64,000 nt of DNA, from the NCBI GenBank assembly GCA_963757765.1, contig CAVWSL010000015.1, forward strand, positions 1,922,524 through 1,986,523, in the 5' to 3' direction. Below the pieces are notes generated by a model. The model was given only the letters and a program-made list of their open reading frames with translations, did not search any database and was not told where the DNA came from. Below, one piece after another: positions 56,948-64,000 of this stretch. The stretch is from an uncultured Chloroflexia bacterium. Its GTDB lineage: Bacteria; Chloroflexota; Limnocylindria; Limnocylindrales; CSP1-4. Position 1 is the first letter of the stretch. The number at the start of each line of letters is the position of its first letter. The position numbers and the translations under genes are program-made.

Positions 56948-57427
56948 ATGAGCCGCGTCGCACGCACCCTATCGACCGTCATCGCCACCCTTGGCCTGGC
57001 GCTGTTGCTGCCGCTCGGTACGACCAGCGCCGCCGACTGCACCCTGAGCGCGACACCGAAGTCCGGGGCTCCGGGCACTGCGTTCGTGTTCAAGGGCAAG
57101 GGCTTCACGCCCACGACCCTCAGCCTGACCCGCGGCAACGAGGCCGCCCAGGTCGTCGATGTCAGTGGGGGATCGAGCTCGTCCTTCACATTCCAGCTGG
57201 TCGCCGGGGATCCGGATGTCGGCAAGTGGACGGCGGTCGCGGATGGCTGCGACGCCAGCGTGAGCATCCGCGTGACACTGCCGCCAACGACGACCGCTGC
57301 CACGACACCGGCGCCGCCACCCGACGACAGCAACCAGCTCGCCGGATTGGTGCTGGTGGGCATCCTGTTCCTGGGCGCAACGGCATTGCTCCTGCCTCGG
57401 ATGACACGAGCCGCCCGCTCGCGCTAG
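56948..57427 (+). CDS. Secreted/surface protein with C-terminal TM anchor
   Basis: Signal peptide, small beta domain with a Cys pair, TLPPT, TM helix and basic tail. Confidence 0.75.
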   Translation: MSRVARTLSTVIATLGLALLLPLGTTSAADCTLSATPKSGAPGTAFVFKGKGFTPTTLSLTRGNEAAQVVDVSGGSSSSFTFQLVAGDPDVGKWTAVADGCDASVSIRVTLPPTTTAATTPAPPPDDSNQLAGLVLVGILFLGATALLLPRMTRAARSR

Positions 57428-57439
57428 CCTTGGGGGGCC

Positions 57440-58915
57440 GTGCAGAGCCAGCTTCCCGTCATCCGCACCTACGCCGGAACTGACCGCCAGGCGGCCGAGG
57501 CTGCCTATCGGGCGGATGTGCGGACCGCGAGCGCAGCCGGTTGGGTGCCGGTCGCACACCGCTGGCGGACCGAGGGCGGGATCCATGAACTCTCGGTCGT
57601 CTTCGAGCCCCGCGAGGGCGAGCCCTCCGCATCGGCCGCGGTGACCGACGCTCAAGTAGCGGCCAGCAGCGCGGTCGAGGCCTCGGAGGCACCCGAAGCT
57701 GCGGTCGAGGCTCCGGAGGTCGCCCCCGCGGCCGGGGATGCTCTGGAGACGCCCCAGGCATCTCTGGCACCCACCGCCGCTGCCGATACCCTCGGGGTCG
57801 CCACGGACGACGAGCGAGCGGCTGGCGCTCCAAGCCCGGCGCTCATCGTGTCCGGTCAGAGTGCGGCGCGGGCGCATGCCCGAGCCATCATCGAGACCAT
57901 CGACCTGCATGCCGGTGGCGAGCCCATCCGGCTCATCCGATCTGGGTACCCGCAGGTACCGCTCGCGCCTATCCTCGATCGTCGGCGATGGGTCCTGGAG
58001 CATGCGGACGGCGCCCGACAGGCCCTCATGTACGAACCGCGGGGCCACCGCGACATGTACGGCGCCGTCCTCCTGCCGCCACATCGGTCCGATGCCGACA
58101 TCGCGGTCCTGTTCATGCACAACTCCGGCTACAGCACCATGTGCGGTCACGGGATCATCGCACTCACGACCGGGCTCATCGAGGAAGGCCTCTACCCGGC
58201 GACGCTGCCCAGGACGACGATCCGCTGGGAGACGCCTGCAGGGCTCGTGACGGCGGCGGCGGAGGTCCAGACAGGCGATGATGGTGGGCCTGAGGTCGAC
58301 CATGTCCGGTTCACGAACGTGCCGGCGTATCTTCACGCGTCGGATCTCCGGGCGGGCATCGACGGACACCCCTCGCTCGCGGTCCAGCTCGCGTTCGGGG
58401 GTGCGTACTACGGCATCGTCGATGCTGCCGACCTCGGGTTGCGCGTCGTGCCCGGGTCCATCGACGCGCTCACGGCCGCCGGCGCGGCCATCACCGACGC
58501 GCTCCGTCGTGACCACTCACCGACCCATCCTACGGACGCGGAACTGGGGTTCGTCTACGGCACCATCATCGTCGACCATGAGCCTGCCACCGCACCCGAT
58601 GGCCGCGCCACGGACGCGACACTACGCAACGTCACCATCTTCGCGGACGCGGAGGTCGACCGATCCCCTTGTGGCTCGGGAACCAGCGCGCTGCTCGCGT
58701 GGCTCCACGCCGCAGGCAGGCTGGAGCAAGGTCAGGACATCCGGAACGCGAGCATCACCGGCGAGGTGTTCGAGGGTCGTGTCGAGTCGACCACATCGCT
58801 GGGTGGCCACGATGCCGTCATCACCAGCGTTGCTGGACAGGGGTATGTCACGGGCTATCACACGTTCGTGGTCGATGAACGCGACCCCCTCGGGGATGGC
58901 TTCCTGCTCCGCTAG
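57440..58915 (+). CDS. Proline racemase/hydroxyproline epimerase family protein with N-terminal extension
   Basis: DLHAGGEP, EPRGHRDMYG, MCGH, DRSPCGSG (Cys/Cys pair), DPLGDGFLLR. Confidence 0.9.
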   Translation: MQSQLPVIRTYAGTDRQAAEAAYRADVRTASAAGWVPVAHRWRTEGGIHELSVVFEPREGEPSASAAVTDAQVAASSAVEASEAPEAAVEAPEVAPAAGDALETPQASLAPTAAADTLGVATDDERAAGAPSPALIVSGQSAARAHARAIIETIDLHAGGEPIRLIRSGYPQVPLAPILDRRRWVLEHADGARQALMYEPRGHRDMYGAVLLPPHRSDADIAVLFMHNSGYSTMCGHGIIALTTGLIEEGLYPATLPRTTIRWETPAGLVTAAAEVQTGDDGGPEVDHVRFTNVPAYLHASDLRAGIDGHPSLAVQLAFGGAYYGIVDAADLGLRVVPGSIDALTAAGAAITDALRRDHSPTHPTDAELGFVYGTIIVDHEPATAPDGRATDATLRNVTIFADAEVDRSPCGSGTSALLAWLHAAGRLEQGQDIRNASITGEVFEGRVESTTSLGGHDAVITSVAGQGYVTGYHTFVVDERDPLGDGFLLR

Positions 58916-58931
58916 CAGGGAGGCTGGGGTG

Positions 58932-59642
58932 ATGCGTGCGGTCGATCCGTGGACCCAGATCGAAGGCCCCATCGGACCCCTCTTCATCGCCTGGGGGCAT
59001 GCCGGCATCATGCTCGTGGAACGTGCCGGCGACGCGGCCGGATTCGAGCTGGATGTGTTGCTCCGGACCGGAAGACCCGTCACATGGGTCGATCGGATGC
59101 CCCACGACCTCGCGGCCGCCATAGGGCGCCAGCTCGCCGGGGAGTGGCAGCCCGACCTGCCGCTCGACCTGTCATCCCTGACCGCCTTTGGTGGTGCCAC
59201 GTTGCGCAAGACCATGGAGATCCCGAGGGGCGAGGTCCGGCCCTACTCCTGGGTGGCCCGCGAGATCGGTCGGCCACGTGCCGTGCGCGCCGTGGGGTCG
59301 GCGCTCGGCGACAATCCATTGCCGTTCCTGATCCCCTGCCATCGGGTCATCCGTGCGGACGGGCATATCGGCGAATACGGGGCGGGTGGACGCTCGGCGA
59401 AGGTCGCGATGCTGGCCACCGAGGACGTCGACGCGGATGCCCTCGAAACCCTCGCCAACGAGGGGATCCGGTACCTGGGCAGCGAGCGATCGATGGTCTT
59501 CTGCTTCCCTACCTGCCGGCACGCCCAGGTCATCACTGCCCCCGACATCGCCCGCTTCCGGCACGGCGAGGACGCCATCGACGCCGGGTTCACCGCCTGC
59601 GCGGACTGCCGGCCATTCGAGGCGCCCATCTTCCGCGCCTGA
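58932..59642 (+). CDS. ogt: Methylated-DNA--protein-cysteine methyltransferase with a C-terminal Ada-like Zn domain
   Basis: AVRAVGSAL..NP...IPCHRV, then FCFPTC...GF.ACADCRP. Confidence 0.9.
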   Translation: MRAVDPWTQIEGPIGPLFIAWGHAGIMLVERAGDAAGFELDVLLRTGRPVTWVDRMPHDLAAAIGRQLAGEWQPDLPLDLSSLTAFGGATLRKTMEIPRGEVRPYSWVAREIGRPRAVRAVGSALGDNPLPFLIPCHRVIRADGHIGEYGAGGRSAKVAMLATEDVDADALETLANEGIRYLGSERSMVFCFPTCRHAQVITAPDIARFRHGEDAIDAGFTACADCRPFEAPIFRA

Positions 59643-59659
59643 GGCCCCATGTCGGACCC

Positions 59660-60502
59660 TCAACCGGATCGGCGTGCCACGACCGACACGATGGGCGTGC
59701 GCCACGTGAAGGCGTCGGCCGGCAGCGCCAGCAGTCGGTCGCGGGCCAGCTCGCGGAGCCGGTCGGCGTGGCGACCCGCCAGCAGCTCGAACAGGAACGC
59801 GTCGTCGTAGTGCTCCTTGAAGGCCAGGTAGGACTCCGGCGTCCATGTGTGCTCCAGGGTCTCCTCACGCGCGCTCACGCGCTCGAAGCCGGCGCGACGC
59901 AGCTCGTCGGCGGCGACGCGACCGCTCCGGAAGTCGCCCGACCGCTCCTCCTCCTCGTCGTCGCCGGGTTCCGGGATGCCCAGGGCGATGACCGCCTCGT
60001 CGAACTCCGTGGCGGGCGCGAAGTCCGGTCCGCCCTCCAGCCAGGTGACGGCAGCCAGCCTGCCACCGGGCCGCAGGATGCGCATCACCTCACGCAGCGC
60101 GGCTGCGCGATCGGGGACGAGCTGAAGCACGAATGAGCTGACCACGAGGTCCACCGAAGCGCTCGCGACGGGGATCGCTGCCGCGTCCCCCTTGAGCCAT
60201 CGAGGACCGGGGACATCGGCACCGATACCCATCGCCGTCGCGCGGCGGGCGGCCATCGCGAGCATCCCTACCGACGGGTCGACGCCATCGACGCTGGCAC
60301 CGGGCCATCGCTGGAACGCCGCCAGCGCCAGGACCCCCGACCCCGTGCCCACGTCCACGATCCGTGGCTCAGCCAGCGATGCGACGACGCCATCGACGCG
60401 CTCGAGGAGCCGACGCGCACTCGCTTCAAGGACCGGCGCCCAGTGTCGCTCGTAGTCCTCGGCGTCACGGTCGTAGCGCTCGACGATCGCAGGGACCGGC
60501 AT
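59660..60502 (-). CDS. Class I SAM-dependent methyltransferase
   Basis: VDVGTGSG, GVDPS..ML, SVDLVVSSF, RILRPGG. Confidence 0.9.
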   Translation of the reverse strand: MPVPAIVERYDRDAEDYERHWAPVLEASARRLLERVDGVVASLAEPRIVDVGTGSGVLALAAFQRWPGASVDGVDPSVGMLAMAARRATAMGIGADVPGPRWLKGDAAAIPVASASVDLVVSSFVLQLVPDRAAALREVMRILRPGGRLAAVTWLEGGPDFAPATEFDEAVIALGIPEPGDDEEEERSGDFRSGRVAADELRRAGFERVSAREETLEHTWTPESYLAFKEHYDDAFLFELLAGRHADRLRELARDRLLALPADAFTWRTPIVSVVARRSG

Positions 60503-60508
60503 GGCGCG

Positions 60509-60865
60509 CTACCCGCCAGCGTCGATGACGCAGAACCGGTTGCCCTCCGGATCCGCCAGGATCACGTAGTTGGCGTCCGGCGGTCGCTTGTCCCAGTGGA
60601 CCTCGGTGGCTCCGAGCGCGACCGATCGCCGCACCTCGGCCGCCTGGTCGTCTGCATACAGGTCGGGGGGGAGCCGCGGAGGGATCTGGAGTGTGGAGCG
60701 GACCCGGTCCAGGGACATGTTGGGACCGACGCCGCTTCGCGGGCGGAGCAGTGCGAAGTCGTCGCTCACCGCCTCGTGCGGGAGGTAGTCGAGCGCTGCC
60801 GTCCAGAACGCCAACTGCCGTGGCAGGTCGTCCTCGCGGAGCAAGATCGAGCCGACGCGGATCAT
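60509..60865 (-). CDS. VOC (glyoxalase-like) family protein
   Basis: AFWTAAL, ALGA, ILADPEGNRFCV. Confidence 0.8.
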   Translation of the reverse strand: MIRVGSILLREDDLPRQLAFWTAALDYLPHEAVSDDFALLRPRSGVGPNMSLDRVRSTLQIPPRLPPDLYADDQAAEVRRSVALGATEVHWDKRPPDANYVILADPEGNRFCVIDAGG

Positions 60866-60887
60866 CGGATGAGCCTCGCTCTCCCAG

Positions 60888-62252
60888 TCACTTCGCCTTG
60901 GCAACGATACGGTAGATGCCGCCGCCGATGGAGACGATGTACAGCTCCCCGTCGCTCCCCTCTCCCAGCGACACGAACAGCGATCCACTCTTGGTCAGCA
61001 GGCGCTTCACCGGCAGCTGGGCACCAGCCTTCGCCTTGCTCGCGTCCAGTCCGTAGATGCTCTTGCCGCAGTAGTCGGTGAACAGGTAGGCACCGTCGAG
61101 GAGCGGTTGCCGCTTGCCCCGGTAGACGTAGCCGCCGACGACCGAGCATCCCTTCGCGCCGTGGCTGTACTCCGTGACCGGGAGCGTGAGGCCCTTGGTG
61201 GAACAGGTCGGGCGCTTGTGGCAGACGGAACCCTCCATCGTCGACCAGCCGAAGTTGAGGCCACCCTTGCCCTTGGGCTGGATGTCGACCTCCTCGATGC
61301 TGTCCTGCCCGACATCGCCGATCCAGAGATCGCCGGTCTTGCTGTCGAAGCTCGCCCGCCATGGGTTGCGGAGGCCATAGCTCCAGATCTCCTTGCGACC
61401 GCCGCCCTTGGCGAATGGGTTGCCCTTGGGGATCGCATACGGATCGCCGTGGTCGACATCGATGCGCAGGATGTTGCCGAAGATGTCGGTCTTGTCCTGG
61501 CCATTGCCGAACGGGTCGCCGGGCGAGTTGCCACCACCGTCGCCGAGCGCGATGTAGAGGTAGCCGTCGGGCCCGAAGCCCAGCCATCCACCGTTGTGGT
61601 TCCACTCGGGGCGCGCGAAGTCGAACAGGGTACGGCCGGAGCCACCCGCCACCTCCTGGCCGGCCTTGCGCTGCTTGTACTCGACGATCCGGGTGTTACC
61701 GGCAGGCGTGTTGTAGTGGACATAGAACTTGCCGTTCTTCTGGAAATCCGGGTGGAAGGCGACCGCGTGCATACCGCGCTCGCCATCGACACCCACGCGG
61801 CCACGCAGATCGAGCAGCGTTCCCCGCATCTTGCCCTGCTCGGTCATGACCCGGATCCGACCGGCCCGTTCGACCACGTAGAGCAGGCCGTCGCCGGTGC
61901 CGTCACCCGTGACATAGACCGGGTCGAAGCCCTCCAGGTCAGCCACCTGCTCCAGCCTCAGCTTGAACCGGCCGGGCTTGAACCCGGGCTTGGTGCTCGA
62001 CTGGTCGCTTGGGGGCGACGTGGCCACCGGGCTGGACGTCGGGGTGGCGCGAGGGGGCGGCGTCGGCGTCGGTGTCGGTGTCGCGACCGGGGGGGCCGTC
62101 GGCACAGCCGTGACCGCGGCGCTCGGTCCGGGACTCGCGATGACCGACGACGACGACGGCGAGTCCCCGGGGGATGAGCTGGCCAGCGGGATCAGGGTGC
62201 AGCCGCTGGCGATGAGCAGCCCCGCGACTGCCAAGGAGATGGTCCTGCGCAC
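60888..62252 (-). CDS. PQQ-dependent glucose/sorbosone dehydrogenase family lipoprotein
   Basis: Lipobox ASGC, GERG, NHNGG.LGFGPDGYLYI.LGDGG, GLRNPWR, GDVGQ...EEVD. Confidence 0.9.
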   Translation of the reverse strand: MRRTISLAVAGLLIASGCTLIPLASSSPGDSPSSSSVIASPGPSAAVTAVPTAPPVATPTPTPTPPPRATPTSSPVATSPPSDQSSTKPGFKPGRFKLRLEQVADLEGFDPVYVTGDGTGDGLLYVVERAGRIRVMTEQGKMRGTLLDLRGRVGVDGERGMHAVAFHPDFQKNGKFYVHYNTPAGNTRIVEYKQRKAGQEVAGGSGRTLFDFARPEWNHNGGWLGFGPDGYLYIALGDGGGNSPGDPFGNGQDKTDIFGNILRIDVDHGDPYAIPKGNPFAKGGGRKEIWSYGLRNPWRASFDSKTGDLWIGDVGQDSIEEVDIQPKGKGGLNFGWSTMEGSVCHKRPTCSTKGLTLPVTEYSHGAKGCSVVGGYVYRGKRQPLLDGAYLFTDYCGKSIYGLDASKAKAGAQLPVKRLLTKSGSLFVSLGEGSDGELYIVSIGGGIYRIVAKAK

Positions 62253-62312
62253 CTGGGCATGGTACGGGTGCACGCACGATGTCGCTGGTCGACCGGCCGC
62301 GACCTGTGTGCG

Positions 62313-63500
62313 CTATCGGGCGACGGCGGTCACCTTGAAGATGCGGCCCCCCAGGTCGACGAGGTACAGCTCGCCGTCGGCACCCTGCCCGAACGCCGAG
62401 GGGTTGCCATCGACGTGGCCCACCAGGTCCGGCGCGACGCTGGCGATCGTGACCGCATCCGTGGCGGATAGCAGCCACAGGTTCCCCGTGCAATCGTCGC
62501 TGTAGACATAGGCGCCGGTCAGCGCCGGATAGGCCTGTCCCCGATAGACATACCCGCCCACGATGGCACAGCCATCGCCGCTCTCGTGTGAGTAGCTGGC
62601 GACGGGTCCCGTGAGGCCGGTCCGATCGCAACTGTCGGCCTGGTAGCAGTCCGGTCCTTCCGTGATGCTCCAACCGAAGTTCGCGCCACCCTGGCCCGCC
62701 GGCAGGACGTCGACCTCCTCCCAGGCTCCCTGGCCGACGTCACCGATGAACACATCGCCGGTCCGCCGATCGAGGCTGTATCGCCAGGGATTGCGCAGGC
62801 CGGTCGCCCGGATCTCCGGACGAGCATCGGGACCCAGGAGGCCGTTCGGGTCGTTCACGGGTGTCGTGTAGGGCTCAGCGCCATCGACATCGATGCGCAG
62901 CAACTTCGCCAGCAGCTGGGTCACATCCTGGCCGTTGTGGTGCGGGTCCCCGGCGCCCCCACCGTCGCCGGTGCCGATGAGCAGCAGCCCCTCGGGGTCG
63001 AAGGCGAGCATGCCGCCGTTGTGGTTGGGCGCGAAGTCCGGCATCTCCAGGACCAGCCGCTCAGACGCGGGATCGACGACGCGATCGACCGCATGGAACT
63101 CGGACACGACCTGGGAACCGCCACCCGCGAGCGTGTAGTAGACGAACAACCGTCCGTTGGTCGAGTAGTCGGGGTGGAAGGCCAGGCCGAGGAGACCCTG
63201 CTCGCCACCCGGCTGGACCTTGTCGCCCAGGTCCAGGAATGGTGTCGTGGCGACGGTGCCCTCGGGGCTGATGGCGCGTACGGTGCCTCCCTGCTCCACG
63301 GCGTAGAGGACGCCATCGCCGGTGCCATCGGGTGTCAGGAACACTGGCGCGTTGAGCCCATCCGCGAATGGCTGCAGCACGATCGAGACGGTCCCGGGCT
63401 GCCAGCCCGTTCCCGGCGATCCGGACTGGGCGACCGCGGTCTGGGCAGCCCAAGCGAGGACGATGAGGAGGGCGAGGGCGAGGCGAACGGTCCGTTCCAT
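62313..63500 (-). CDS. PQQ-dependent glucose/sorbosone dehydrogenase family protein
   Basis: GGEQGLLGLAFHP, NHNGG, GDGGG.GDP, GLRNPWR, GDVGQ..WEEVD. Confidence 0.9.
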   Translation of the reverse strand: MERTVRLALALLIVLAWAAQTAVAQSGSPGTGWQPGTVSIVLQPFADGLNAPVFLTPDGTGDGVLYAVEQGGTVRAISPEGTVATTPFLDLGDKVQPGGEQGLLGLAFHPDYSTNGRLFVYYTLAGGGSQVVSEFHAVDRVVDPASERLVLEMPDFAPNHNGGMLAFDPEGLLLIGTGDGGGAGDPHHNGQDVTQLLAKLLRIDVDGAEPYTTPVNDPNGLLGPDARPEIRATGLRNPWRYSLDRRTGDVFIGDVGQGAWEEVDVLPAGQGGANFGWSITEGPDCYQADSCDRTGLTGPVASYSHESGDGCAIVGGYVYRGQAYPALTGAYVYSDDCTGNLWLLSATDAVTIASVAPDLVGHVDGNPSAFGQGADGELYLVDLGGRIFKVTAVAR

Positions 63501-63574
63501 CCGTGCAGCGTATCCCCGCTGTCGATCGGGTGATGTCCGGCCGGAGCCGCCCACGGCGAAGGACATGCTCGTGC

Positions 63575-64000
63575 TCAGTGGGTGAGCGAGAAGGGTGCCT
63601 CCGGATCGACGCCCAGTTCGCCGAGCGCTCGTTGGGCGACCTCCATGGGCACCTGACCGCACCGAGCCAGCTCCGAGAGGGACGCCGCCACGATATGGGC
63701 GGCATCCACGCCGAAGAAGCGCCGCAGCGCGGCACGCGAGTCGCTGCGCCCGAAGCCATCCGTGCCCAGGCTGCACCACGAGCCGCCCGGGATCCAGCGC
63801 GAGATCATGTCCGGCCACGCCCGGATCCAGTCGCTGACCGCGATGATCGGACCACGCCCGGCGGCCTCCCCCAGCAGCTGGTTGACCAGCGGTACGCGCG
63901 GCGCCTCACCGGGGTGGAACAGGTTCCAGCGGTCGACCTCCAGCGCCTCGTTGCGCAGCAGCTGGTACGACGTGGCGCTCCACACCTCCGCAGCGACACC
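63575..64000 (-). CDS. aceE: Pyruvate dehydrogenase E1 homodimeric subunit (3' end)
   Basis: VWSATSY..L, AVSDW, LGTDGFGRSDSRAALRRFF.VDA..I. Confidence 0.9.
   Translation of the reverse strand, partial: GVAAEVWSATSYQLLRNEALEVDRWNLFHPGEAPRVPLVNQLLGEAAGRGPIIAVSDWIRAWPDMISRWIPGGSWCSLGTDGFGRSDSRAALRRFFGVDAAHIVAASLSELARCGQVPMEVAQRALGELGVDPEAPFSLTH

Noticed and set aside
1-64000. CRISPR arrays, tRNA/rRNA, transposases, integrases, phage or defence genes
   Set aside because: No regularly spaced repeats, RNA-gene signatures or such protein motifs were seen.

Overview
GC-rich bacterial window, densely coding and catabolic. The 'AQS/AQD' signal-peptide style and the lipoproteins suggest Chloroflexota (Limnocylindria-like) or Actinomycetota, which is an inference. 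I found no rRNA, tRNA, CRISPR array or mobile element. All family calls come from recalled motifs, not database searches. Layout: (1) 1-7310, minus strand: a sugar-type ABC cluster with two paralogous binding proteins under duplicated promoters, plus a Cys-rich unknown protein. (2) 7498-29081: two convergent operons sharing a putative GntR operator. They encode clear homologues of the Mesorhizobium vitamin B6 degradation enzymes (pyridoxamine-pyruvate transaminase, pyridoxal 4-dehydrogenase, 4-pyridoxolactonase, FHMPC dehydrogenase and a probable HMPD decarboxylase). The known ring-cleaving MHPC oxygenase, the GMC oxidases and the alpha/beta AAMS hydrolase are absent from the window. In their place are a split molybdenum hydroxylase, an LLM oxidoreductase, an M29/NicX-fold protein, a cupin, a Zn-ADH, two amidohydrolases and a BMP-type ABC importer. 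This is the main candidate for an undescribed B6 catabolic route. (3) 29354-45073: a LacI-associated sugar/sugar-acid catabolic cluster and a lipoyl-carrier/ceramidase-like/CitE/MaoC module. (4) 45088-64000: a Frc-like fructose ABC system with LacI, a GGDEF-EAL protein, ppc, a cupredoxin, a proline racemase-family gene, Ogt-Ada, two PQQ-type sugar dehydrogenases and the 3' end of aceE. Two genes carry single-base frameshifts, and several genes appear leaderless.
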